From Felis catus (Eukaryota), in assembly GCF_018350175.1 (NCBI RefSeq), contig NC_058369.1:27654001-27718000 (forward strand): a stretch of 64,000 nucleotides of DNA, given 5' to 3'. Numbering within the stretch: the first letter of the stretch is position 1; every line of letters begins with the position of its first letter. Shown here piece after piece: positions 13,103 through 24,747 of the stretch. The position numbers and the translations under genes are program-made. Under the pieces are notes generated by a model. The model saw only the letters and a program-made list of their open reading frames with translations. It did no database searches and was not told the DNA's origin.

Positions 13103-13767
13103 GTTTTGATGTGGGTTTTATTATTATTTAAGTATTATGAGACCAATAGATCAGGAAAACAACTGCCAATGAAAAGACAGTTTGTTACCCTCACAGATTC
13201 CAGGAATAGGCACACGTCACAGGGGTCCCGTGGAGAAGAACTAGGGAAGGTCAGGAGTCAGAGAGGGAGGAGAGAACCAAGGGCAAGAAACTTTATGTAG
13301 TTTCTGTAGGAATGAATGGACAAAGCAGAGTAAGGCTGAGGACTGGCTAGTTTGAATAATTTTAGCAGGCTCTAGGGCACAGGAGCTACCCCTGGCTGCC
13401 TCAGACCTGACCCTGTGATGATTATGGCAGGTAGATAGTGGCCTGGAGTATAAGAATACTGAAGGCCCAACAGTTCTCTTGGGAAGTTGGGGAGTACAGC
13501 CTCTGGATTGGTTGATGTGCATTTGAAAGGCTTATTCAAAGGTGAGTCTTTTATTATATGTAGGAATTGGCTAACTCTGGATATGCTATCAATTCAGGGT
13601 CAGTAAAGCTCCAGTGATCAAAACATCAGAAATATAATAAATCCGAGGCACCTGGGTTTCTCTGTCAGTTGAATGCCCAACTCCTGATTTTGACTCAGGT
13701 CATGATCCAAGGGTAGTGGGATCAAGCCCTGCATGAGGCTCCGTGCTCAGCATGGAGCCTGCTTAAG

Positions 13768-13821
<54 letters not shown>

Positions 13822-13839
13822 TTCCCCATCCCTTTCACT

Positions 13840-13876
<37 letters not shown>

Positions 13877-13923
13877 AAAAAATATATATAATGAATCAGA
13901 AAATAAACGACATGATTAGTACA
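13103..13923 (-). mobile_element. MER21C-like LTR, interrupted by a SINE
   Basis: 'gaccaatagatcaggaaaacaactgccaatgaaaagacagtttgttac' ... 'ggctagtttgaataattttagcaggctctagggca' ... 'aaataaacgacatgattagtaca'. Confidence 0.75.
13645..13895 (+). mobile_element. Can-SINE inside the MER21-like LTR
   Basis: Head gaggcacctggg...tcaggtcatgatc, 'gagcctgcttaagattctctctc', long (CT)n, aataaa tail; degenerate TSD atcagaaa. Confidence 0.92.
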
Positions 13924-14739
13924 CATGGATATACTTTTTTTTCCATCATCCATACTGCTTAACCACACAAATATGAAACTCTGTAATGGTCCTTTCTGAA
14001 ATAACCCACTGGGTATCTCCATAAGAATACCCAGATTGCACATTACATTCACCAGGTACACAACTTAGGTTGTCACCTCATTACCAAAGTCAGCATTCCA
14101 AACACACCAGATTAGAGACCTTCAAATTATGCTGATATCTCCCTACTCCAAGTCAGCCATCAGGCTCCCTGGAATCTCTTCCTTTTCATGACCATTCCCT
14201 CAATCACATCCAGTGTGACAGGCCACCTGCAAGTGTTCATTTCCTCTGACCAGATGTGGAGGCACGATCTTTTGATGGTCTTTGTTTCAGTGGACTTTAT
14301 AGAGTCTTAATGCCATATTCATACTTACCCCTAGATGTAATCACTTCAGGCTGCTCTCCCCTTATTCTCTCTCCCTTCTGAAGTTATCCAGTAAGATAAA
14401 AATCATGAATGGCTAAACTGCCCTGGAAGTATCCCTTAAATTGACATTGAACTCCATTAATGTAATATCCCTCAACAAGTCTAACAAGTCCCATTTCCCT
14501 TGTTGGAGCCAAGTACTGGTTCTGCAGTCAAGCACCTGATGAAGTCCTAGTTTGGGTTTTGGCAGCAAGAGGTGAACAACAAACATCCTTAAACACTAGG
14601 ATCACATTCTGCAGAGCAGATGCTCACCCTGTGAGACGCATGTGGACTGCAGCCAATGAAGGAGATGGCAGCCACTCTACGCACACATCTGGGAATCGAG
14701 TGGTCCACGACTTCTATCTAAGGGGTTTAATTTCTCCCT

Positions 14740-15145
14740 ATGTATTTATGTCCCTTGCCATGCCTGCTTCTGTCTTTGTCTCTCTCTGTCTTTCTGTGGC
14801 CCCTTCTTGGTGTCTGTCTCGTGTTTGTCTATGTGCGCACCTCTGTGTGTATCTCAGTCTATATTTCTCTCTCTTGGTGTCACTGGGCTTCTGTGTGTGG
14901 CTTTGTGTCTCTGGATGTTTACCCCCACCACCCCACCCCATTTCTTTATGTCTTCCCATGTGTCTGTCCCTATTCTATATGTCTCTGTCCCTCTCTCTGA
15001 GTATCTCTGTGACTGTCTCTTTCTCAGTCTTGGGTGTCTCTTTTCGTGAGGGTGTGTGTATGTTTGTGTGTTTTGATCTTCTGGCCATGTGTGTGTATTG
15101 GGTCTGTGTATGCATGTCTGTGTGTGAATGTCTCCCAGTACACAC
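14740..15145. repeat. Degenerate (TC/TG)n low-complexity tract
   Basis: ~400 bp of mixed tctc/tgtg/tgtc; the source of several spurious ORFs. Confidence 0.85.
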
Positions 15146-16643
15146 ACTTCTCAGGATATAGGACTCTGCCAAGCACTTAGAGCTGATTGATTTCAGATAT
15201 ATTAAGTACACACAATCCAATGCCATAGCTGGTCCTCTCATCTCCTCACACACTTGTGCCCACCCCTCCCCTGCCCCATCTAGAGTGACATATCCATCCG
15301 GTTCAATCCCATAACCTGCAAGATCTTCTGAAACCTGTCCGCACCAGGCATGCCAGCCTCGCCTTTTTCTGCATTGCCGCCTGCACTGCAGACCTTGGCC
15401 CAAGCATTTGGGAACCTATTTTTCACAAGGTAGGCCCCCATTGGCCCAAAACCTCATGCTGAAGGAATGTCCACATGTAAAAGAGAATAGTGTAGAGCTT
15501 CAGTGGGTAATGTAAGGGTGTAGGGATCAGAGCCAAGCTCAGCCTCCCCCTCAACACCTTGCAGAGGCCAGAGTCTGAAAAGCACCACTGAGGCCCAGCA
15601 CAGTAAAATCTTTACAGACTCTGTAGATCCTCTACCATTTTCTATGTAACAGAAGGCCTTGCATTCTCTGGGTCAAGCTTGTGTGCCACCCTTTGCAAAG
15701 CCTTAAGCACCCAGGGTCCTGCCAACAAGCAGCTTCCTGTTCTCAGAGTGTTTGCCTGGTATCCACTGGTGCACCATCTCATGGAGAGGGCCTAGCACCC
15801 ATGCTGTGAGCCAAGTGTGTGTGTTAAAGGAAGGTTCTGCTCCGGCTTTTAAGGCAAAACTGAATACATGGAGCCTGCCCTCTTGCCATCTTTCATGGCC
15901 AAATGGGAGGCTGTGGTGAACCTATTGTATTCCAGTCTTAACGCTCAAGTCAGGAAGCTGCCCAAGCAAGTAAACAGCACTTTACTTTGAAGAGCAGTGA
16001 AAAGAGGAAAGGGAGAAAAGCAAACACTAGAAGTAATTCAGAGCCCAGGAGCCTTCATGGGTACTTGCACAATTGGTTAAGGCCTCAGTAATCACGGGAG
16101 GGAACCTAACAATTTTAGAGGGTTTTCTTGCTGTTGCTGACTTCTGTTTTCCCAAATATGTGTCAGTGCCTCTCTGCTAAAATAAAGGCCAGATTCCTTC
16201 CAAGTCCTCCTGCAAGACCCAGGGATTTCAGAACTCAACAAAGCTTTTATCATTTGCAAAAGATTCGACTCAACAAACATCATTTGAGAAAAGCATTGTG
16301 TGAGGGCTTCTTGTACAGACAGAATGAAGAAAGAATCATGGTTCCTGTCCTTTGGCATGTCGGGGACGAACAGTTTAGGGGGACATGCACATACCTCTCA
16401 TCTAAGGAGTGTTAAAAGCACTGAAGGGGAAGACTGTAAACCTGGGAAGATCTGGGATCTGAGACTTACAGAGGGACAAGAGGACAATCCAGGTAGGGGA
16501 ACAGACTGAATAAACACCTAGGAAGGAGAGGGTGTGGCATATAATAAGCACATCCAAAAAAGTCTTACTGAAAGTATGTACGTTGTACATGCTCATGTTG
16601 AAAGTGAACTCAAGCCCAGACTGGCATTAAGAAGTTAAGGTGT

Positions 16644-16943
16644 GATGCTAAGTGAAATAAGCCATACAGAGAAAGACAGATACCATATGGTTTCACTCTT
16701 ATGTGGATCCTGAGAAACTTAACAGGAACCCATGGGGGAGGGGAAGGAAAAAAAAAAAAAAGAGGTTAGAGTGGGAGAGAGCCAAAGCATAAGAGACTCT
16801 TAAAAACTGAGAACAAACTGAGGGGTGATGGGGGGTGGGAGGGAGGAGAGGGTGGGTGATGGGTATTGAGGAGGGCACCTTTTGGGATGAGCACTGGGTG
16901 TTGTATGGAAACCAATTTGTCAATAAATTTCATATAAAAAAAA
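16644..16943 (+). mobile_element. Young felid LINE-1, 5'-truncated to ~300 bp
   Basis: End of ORF2 (..[22 protein letters not shown]), G-rich 3' UTR, AATAAA, poly(A); perfect 15-bp TSD aagaagttaaggtgt (16629-43 / 16944-58). Confidence 0.97.
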
Positions 16944-17234
16944 AAGAAGTTAAGGTGTTACAGGGATTCCTTTTGGAAGTTACTTATATTAGAAGTCTTA
17001 GAATTCTAGGAGGGACGTTGAAAAGTTTATTACAATTCATTTCTTTTAAAAATGAGGAAACCAGAGCTCCAAGATTACATGCTAGGTCCAGAAGTGAGAG
17101 GAGAATTCATAACTGTTCTCAAAGGCAATCAATCACTTTAAATTTGAATGCATATCATTGTAATCTGAATTTAAGGGATTAAAATAAAACTGATGTTGCC
17201 ATTTGCTACTTTTCTGCATCAATACCATTAGGGG

Positions 17235-17440
17235 AGTAAAACAGTAAAGAATCCAGACCCTTGAGTTAAAAGCTTCAGCTCTGAAAGCTGAGCTGGCCAC
17301 TTACAAGCTGTGTGGTCATGGCTAGGTCCACACCCCTCTGAATCTCAATCTTCCCCTCTGTGCTGTGGGGATCATAATAGTGTATTACAGAGTGGTTGTG
17401 AAGATTTGTTGAAATCATATACCAAAATGGTTCTTACCAA
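17235..17440 (+). mobile_element. MIR SINE
   Basis: 'gccacttacaagctgtgtggtcatggctagg...ctctgaatctcaatcttcccctctgtg...gtggttgtgaagatt'. Confidence 0.65.
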
Positions 17441-17569
17441 GGTCATCAGTAGATAACCCCATCTCACTTGACCTCTGGACAGTGGTGTCTGACAGAACTG
17501 ATGACTCTCCCATAAACAGACTTCCCCCCCACCACCACCACGCCACCCCGCCAACTGACTTGGTGCCTA

Positions 17570-18460
17570 GGATGACCTTTCCTGGTATTACATCTTCCTC
17601 TCTGGATACTCCTCAGGCTCCTTTGCTGGCTTGTCTTGTACACAAATTCTAAATGTTGGAGAACCTACAGGTTTGGTTCTATATTCTATCACCTTCTCGA
17701 GCAACATATTTTTCCTTGCTGATTCCATTCAATCCATTGTTTTAAATACCATCCAAATGCTGATGACACACTTTTATATCCATAGTGATCTACTTCTTCC
17801 CTGATCTCCAGACTCAAATGTCAAACGATCTGCTTGAGATCTTCATGTGGATGTCAGAGAAAAGTCTCAAACCATATGTCAAAACAAAACTTTCTGTTGC
17901 CCCACCTCCAAACTTGATTCTTTCCCATCTTAGTAAATTCTTCCCTCTATTCATCCATTAGTCAAGCCAGAATCTACAAGTCTCTCATGACTCCTCCAGT
18001 TCCCTCTCTCCCAACATCTGTCACTAAATCCTAACAATTTCACTTCCAAAGTACATGTTAATGCCACATGCCTTTCTTCCTCTCCACCACCACTACTGTC
18101 TTGTCTTATCTTGGTAATTGCAAATGACCCCTAAGTGAGCTCCTAACTCTAGTCTTATACCTCTACAGTCATTTCTGCACATAACATATAGCATAACTTT
18201 TAACAAATAGAATGCAGATCCCGGTGCTCTCTTGAGTCACATCCTTTGATGACCTCCTGCTGCTTGGAAACTTATGAAACCGCAAATAAGTCTTCTAATT
18301 TTTCCAGGATCTACCCACACTTCCTGAGCACCATTTTCCTCTTTAGTCATTTTGCTGCATTCCTACTTGCCTGTTTCCCATTCCTGGACTAAACTATGCT
18401 TTCTTCACTCAGGGCCCTCAAATGTGTTATTCATTCTTGAGCCAGCAAACTCTTCTTCAT
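17570..18460 (+). mobile_element. L2 LINE fragment
   Basis: 'tttaaataccatccaaatgctgatgac' (degenerate YADD region), 'ctccagactcaaatgtcaaac...tggatgtc', 'tcaagccagaatcta'. Confidence 0.75.
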
Positions 18461-18469
18461 TAATCTACT

Positions 18470-18690
18470 AGTTAAGAGCTCCAACTTGTGAGTCAAACTG
18501 TCTTACTGCTTGTGACTATGGACAGGGTCCTTAGTATTATGTGTATTATGTACCTTATTTTCATCATCTATAAAATGGGGATAGTAACATTATTTACCTC
18601 ATATGGTTGCAAATATTAAATAAAATATATACTATATTGAGAATAATACCTGGCATATATGAAACTCTTCATAAACACTGTTACCTTTTT
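18470..18690 (+). mobile_element. MIR SINE
   Basis: 'ttttcatcatctataaaatggggatagtaacattatttacctcatatggttg...agaataatacctggcatata'. Confidence 0.75.
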
Positions 18691-18940
18691 GAAAATCCCT
18701 ATTATCCTTCAGCTCTAAGCTTAAATGTTCTTACAGAATCCTTACTTATTCTAACTCTCAGTTTAAATCCATCCTTTTTTAATAGAACCAAACTTAATTG
18801 GCCAGCAAATATTTATTTTGAGTCTTACTATCCATTTCTGCCACACTGCACTCTAAGCTCTGCTGAACAGGACCTCATCTGTGTTTCCTGTAGTCCCTGG
18901 AGCCTGATACAGGAGCAGAAACAAAGTGGTGGGCATTCAG

Positions 18941-19343
18941 TGTAATGACTGATTGTTGTCCCTGTCCCCAAATTCACATTTTGAAACACTAACCCCCAAC
19001 CTCTGAATGTAGCTATATTTGGAGAAAGGAACTTTAAAGAGGAATTGAGATAAAATGAGATCATTATGTGGGTCTTAATACAATATTAGTGGTGTCCTTA
19101 TAAGAAGAAATGTGAATACACAAAGACACATGGAGAAAGTGTGTGCAAATAAAAAGATGATGTGAGGACACAGCAAGAAGGCAGCCATCTGCAAGCTGAG
19201 GAGAGAGACCTCAAGAGGAACCAAACCTGCCAACACATTAGTCTTGGACTTCTGGCCTCCGGAAGTATGAGAAAATACATTTCTGTTGTTTGAGCCATGA
19301 AGTCTGTGATATTTTGTTATGTCTGCCCTAGCAAACTAATACA
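18941..19343 (+). mobile_element. MaLR solo LTR (MLT1B/C-like)
   Basis: TG...CA ends, near-perfect 5-bp TSD ttcag/ctcag; 'ccccaaattcacat', 'cttggacttctggcctcc...tgagaaaatacatttctgttgtttgagcca...ccctagcaaactaataca'. Confidence 0.88.
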
Positions 19344-20787
19344 CTCAGTAAACACTCACTAAATCAAGTGAACACATAAACATGCCATCCCAGCTCCCAA
19401 CACATGGTAAGTATACCACAAAGGCTGACCCCTGTTATTAAAATGATGATCAATGTAATAATGACTTTTTAATAAATCCACCCATGTACGTTGCCCAAGT
19501 GACAGAAACAATGTTAGTGGCCCTTGGTACTTCTCAACTGTGATACTAAAGTAGAATATAATTAGTTATGAAGATCTGAGAACTCCCTTTGTGAGCAACC
19601 AAATACCACTCTTAGGAATTCTATTTACTAACGCGCACATGATAGAAGTAGACTTTAATTTTTGTTTTGATAGACCATTGGATATGTAACATGGAAGGGC
19701 AGGCATTTCATACCCAGTAAGCAAATATTTCTCAGATATGAAAGCAAAACTAGAATTAATGAGTATAATATTTTACTTCCAATATACTGGGTCAGTTGTT
19801 TTTATAAATATATCCTTGAACACTGACATGTGTAAGTGTTTTCATATATATACTTGTGAGATATGTGTGTATATATACATATAATTTTCCACTTAAGGTG
19901 ACCACATCAAATACCATCATAGGGTCTCAATTTAGACATTCAAGTAGCCATATGACCCACATCTACCAAAGTGCCTTCACAATAAAGCCCTTCTATAGCT
20001 GGGCTATGTACCTGTCACAGACAGTTGCTGGAATATCTAAACTCATGACAGATTGCAAGAGCTGGCACAGTTTTGACAGTAGCACCATCTCTTGTGTGGC
20101 AGTCCCTTACTACAAAGCTTCAAATGAATGCAACTAACTCAGCAAGTTATTGGCTCATAATATGAAACAGCATGTATATTGATTCTTTTAATAGATCTTG
20201 GAATTAAAACACATGATCCCTTTAAAAGGACTGTAAAGAATCTCACCAAGCTGATGATTCGACAGCGAAGTCTCACTGAAATAGCACAGGCTGTGGGAGA
20301 AAAGGTAGATGATTTCTGTTTTGAAGAAAACTCTCCCCTTACAGACTAATTTTCTATTGAAGAAGAAAATACATAATGAGGTAATATAATTGTGTATCTC
20401 ACATAAGTAAGGGGAAATAAACAAAATGAGGAATAGCAAAAAGGTTTTGTGCTGAGCGTCAATACCATTCAACTAGCTGCTGTTGTGTAGAGGGTTGTAT
20501 TGAGAAATCTGAGCTTGACAGGAGAAACTCCCTTGGTGGAATAATGATGCCCACTGTGACTGCGAAATGGACAGAAGAAGATGCTTGCTATATGTGTTGT
20601 CTATCCTAAAACAGATGTCTCAAGTTCTCTTCCAGGGTTAACCTTCTATGCTCTTTTCTTTTCCCTTCTTCTCTCCCTTTTGCTCTTGTGATTGGGATGA
20701 ACAAGGTAAAATCCTAGAATCCCAACTTGCTCCTCTACTGCAAAGTAAAGCAACTGGTCAGAAATTTTTTTTTCAAAAAGTGGGGCA

Positions 20788-20898
20788 GGGGGCACATGGG
20801 TAGCTCAGTTGGTTGAGCATCTGACTCTTGTCCTAATGCCAGGGTTGTGGGATCCAGCTCCACATTGGGCTCTGCAATGGGTATGCAGCCTGATTAAG
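20788..20898 (+). mobile_element. Can-SINE 5' half (split by the L1 insertion)
   Basis: tRNA-like head gggggcacatgggtagctcagttggttgagcatctgactcttg ... ending gcagcctgattaag. Confidence 0.85.
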
Positions 20899-23800
20899 TC
20901 TGGAAAACCTCCAAAGGCATGGAGGTTAAAGAACACCCTACTAACGAATGAGTGGGTCAACCAGGCAATTCGAGAAGAAATTAAAAAATATATGGAAACA
21001 AATGAAAATGAAAATACAACAATCCAAACGCTTTGGGACACAGCGAAGGCAGTCCTGAGAGGAAAATACATTGCAATCCAGGCCTATCTCAAGAAACAAG
21101 AAAAATCCCAAATACAAAATCTAACAGCACACCTAAAGGAACTAGAAGCAGAACAGCAAAGGCAGCCTAAACCCAGCAGAAGAAGAGAAATAATAAAGAT
21201 CAGAGCAGAAATAAACAATATAGAATCTAAAAAAACTGTAGAGCAGATCAACGAAACCAAGAGTTGGTTTTTTGAAAAAATAAACAAAATTGACAAACCT
21301 CTAGCCAGGCTTCTCAAAAAGAAAAGGGAGATGACCCAAATAGATAAAATCATGAATGAAAATGGAATTATTACAACCAATCCCTCAGAGATACAAACAA
21401 TTATCAGGGAATACTATGAAAAATTATATGCCAACAAATTGGACAACCTGGAAGAAATGGACAAACTTCTGAACACCCACACTCTTCCAAAACTCAATCA
21501 GGAGGAAATAGAAAGCTTGAACAGACCCATAACCAGCGAAGAAATTGAATCGGTTATTAAAAATCTCCCAACAAATAAGAGTCCAGGACCAGATGGCTTC
21601 CCAGGGGAGTTCTACCAGACGTTTAAAGCAGAGATAATACCTATCCTTCTCAAGCTATTCCAAGAAATAGAAAGGGAAGGAAAACTTCCAGACTCATTCT
21701 ATGAAGCCAGTATTACTTTGATTCCTAACCAGACAGAGACCCAGTAAAAAAAGAGAACTACAGACCAATATCCCTGATGAATATGGATGCAAAAATTCTC
21801 AATAAGATACTAGCAAATCGAATTCAACGGCATATAAAAAGAATTATTCACCATGATCAAGTGGGATTCATTCCTGGGATGCAGGGCTGGTTCAACATTC
21901 ACAAATCAATCAACGTGATACATCACATTAACAAAAAAAAAAGAGAAGAACCATATGATCCTGTCAATCGATGCAGAAAAGGCCTTTGACAAAATCCAGC
22001 ACCCTTTCTTAATAAAAACCCTTGAGAAAGTCAGGATAGAAGGAACATACTGAAAGATCATAAAAGCCATTTATGAAAAGCCCACAGCTAACATCATCCT
22101 CAACGGGGAAAAACTGAGAGCTTTTTCCCTGAGATCAGGAACACGACAAGGATGCCCACTCTGTTTAACATAGTACTGGAAGTGCTAGCATCAGCAATCA
22201 GACAACAAAAGGAAATCAAAGGCATCAAAATTGGCAAAGATGAAGTCAAGCTTTCGCTTTTTGCAGATGACATGATATTATACATGGAAAATCCGATAGA
22301 CTCCACCAAAAGTCTGCTAGAACTGATACAGGAATTCAGCAAAGTGGCAGGATACAAAATCAATGTACAGAAATCAGTTGCATTCTTATACACTAACAAT
22401 GAAGCAACAGAAAGACAAATAAAGAAACTGATCCCATTCACAATTGCACCAAGAAGCATAAAATACCTAGGAATAAATCTAACCAAAGATGTAAAGGATC
22501 TGTATGCTGAAAACTATAGAAAGCTTATGAAGGAAATTGAAGAAGATTTAAAGAAATGGAAAGACATTCCCTGCTCATGGATTGGAAAAATAAATATTGT
22601 CAAAATGTCAATACTACCCAAAGCTATCTACACATTCAATGCAATCCCAATCAAAATTGCACCAGCATTCTTCTCGAAACTAGAACAAGCAATCCTAAAA
22701 TTCATATGGAACCACAAAAGGCCCCGAATAGCCAAAGGAATTTTGAAGAAGAAGACCAAAGCAGGAGGCATCACAATCCCAGACTTTAGCCTCTACTACA
22801 AAGCTGTCATCATCAAGACAGCATGGTATTGGCACAAAAACAGACACATAGACCAATGGAATAGAATAGAAACCCCAGAACTAGACCCACAAACGTATAG
22901 CCAACTCATCTTTGACAAAGCAGGAAAGAACATCCAATGGAAAAAAGACAGCCTCTTTAACAAATGGTGCTGGGAGAACTGGACAGCAACATGCAGAAGG
23001 TTGAAACTAGACCACTTTCTCACACCATTCACAAAAATAAACTCAAAATGGATAAAGGACCTAAATGTGAGACAGGAAACCATCAAAACCCTAGAGGAGA
23101 AAGCAGGAAAAGACCTCTCTGACCTCAGCCGTAGCAATCTCTTACTTGACACATCCCCAAAGGCAAGGGAATTAAAAGCAAAAGTGAATTACTGGGACCT
23201 TATGAAGATAAAAAGCTTCTGCACAGCAAAGGAAACAACCAACAAAACTAAAAGGCAACCAACGGAATGGGAAAAGATATTCGCAAATGACATATCGGAC
23301 AAAGGGCTAGTATCCAAAATCTATAAAGAGCTCACCAAACTCCACACCCGAAAAACAAATAACCCAGTGAAGAAATGGGCAGAAAACATGAATAGACACT
23401 TCTCTAAAGAAGACATCCGGATGGCCAACAGGCACATGAAAAGATGTTCAGCGTCGCTCCTCATCAGGGAAATACAAATCAAAACCACACTCAGGTATCA
23501 CCTCACGCCAGTCAGAGTGGCCAAAATGAACAAATCAGGAGACTATAGATGCTGGAGAGGATGTGGAGAAACGGGAACCCTCTTGCACTGTTGGTGGGAA
23601 TGCAAATTGGTGCAGCCGCTCTGGAAAGCAGTGTGGAGGTTCCTCAGAAAATTAAAAATAGACCTACCCTATGACCCAGCAATAGCACTGCTAGGAATTT
23701 ATCCAAGGGATACAGGAGTACTGATGCATAGGGCCACTTGTACCCCAATGTTCATAGCAGCACTCTCAACAATAGCCAAATTATGGAAAGAGCCTCAATG

Positions 23801-23990
23801 TCCATCAACTGATGAATGGATAAAGAAATTGTGGTTTATATACACAATGGAATATTACGTGGCAATGAGAAAAAATGAAATATGGCCTTTTGTAGCAACG
23901 TGGATGGAACTGGAGACTGTGATGCTAAGTGAAATAAGTCATACAGAGAAAGACAGATACCATATGGTTTCACTCTTATGTGGACCCTGA
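20896..23990 (+). pseudogene. LINE-1 ORF2p remnant (linker/Z domain, reverse transcriptase, C-terminal CCHC) with three frameshifts
   Basis: Motifs [64 protein letters not shown]; frame changes near 21727, 21940 and 22160; last 612 codons open. Confidence 0.95.
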
Positions 23991-24220
23991 GAAACCTAAC
24001 AGGAACCCATGGGGGAGGGGAAGGAAAAAAAAAACAGGTTAGAGTGGGAGAGAGCCAAAGCATAAGAGACTCTTAAAAACTGAGAACAAACTGAGGGTTG
24101 ATGGGGGGTGGGAGGGAGGAGAGGGTGGGTGATGGGTATTGAGGAGGGCACCTTTTGGGATGAGCACTGGGTGTTGTATGGAAACCAATTTGTCAATAAA
24201 TTTCATATAAAAAAATAAAT
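20896..24220 (+). mobile_element. Young felid LINE-1, 5'-truncated (~3.3 kb; lacks 5' UTR, ORF1 and nearly all of the EN domain)
   Basis: Continuous ORF2 homology, G-rich 3' UTR, AATAAA 24195-200, A-rich tail 24209-24224. Confidence 0.97.
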
Positions 24221-24430
24221 AAATATAGTATGGCACTGCAAATGTATTTTCTCTTCCTTATGGTTTTCTTGATAGTTTTTCTTTATTGTGAGAATACAAT
24301 GTATAATACATATACAAAATATGTTAATTAACTGTAATTGGTAAGGCTTACAGTCAACAGTAGGCTATTAGGAATTAAGTTTGGGGAGAATAAAAATTAT
24401 ATGGATTTTCAACTGTGTGGGAGGTCAGCA
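24221..24430 (+). mobile_element. Tigger3/MER7-like DNA transposon fragment (inside the transduced segment)
   Basis: 'aaatgtattttctcttccttatg...ctttattgtgagaatacaatgtataatacat...gtaaggcttacagtcaacagtaggctattag...ggattttcaactgtgtgggaggtcagc'; terminal TIR not seen. Confidence 0.75.
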
Positions 24431-24747
24431 TAGTTATGAATAGGAAAGCAAGAAATACAGATTTAACAGAGGGTGATATAGTAGGAACTTAAATACCATA
24501 AAAGTCTTTTCTATCAGTAGTGTTAATTTCCAAAACAATAAACAACTCTTTGGGAAAAAATGGGTACAATTATAACTTAATAGTTATAGAGCTTCCATTT
24601 CTGGAAATTTAGTGTATGCTAAAACCATCTAAAATGCCCTGTGTTTATATGTAAAATGGAATGACGTTTTAGCTTGATGTAATCAAAAAGTGATTTTTCA
24701 CCTACATAAATGCTGATGAGACAGCCAAAAAAAAAAAAAAAAAAAAA
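24221..24747 (+). other. Putative L1 3' transduction with its own poly(A)
   Basis: Non-L1 DNA between the L1 tail and a pure A21 (24727-47); CATAAA variant signal at 24705-10; the split SINE resumes directly afterwards. Confidence 0.8.

Noticed and set aside
15270..15292. CTCF-like motif (also ~12490, ~62700)
   Set aside because: Partial matches only, expected by chance.
14559..15403. Cluster of overlapping 73-200 aa ORFs
   Set aside because: Produced by the stop-poor (TC/TG)n low-complexity tract.
20788..20900. SINE-L1 template-switch chimera (U6-L1 type)
   Set aside because: The SINE's missing 3' half is present at 24748, so insertion into a pre-existing SINE explains it better.
20805..24236. 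Antisense and alternative-frame ORFs over the L1
   Set aside because: Shadow ORFs of L1 ORF2 and its 3' UTR.
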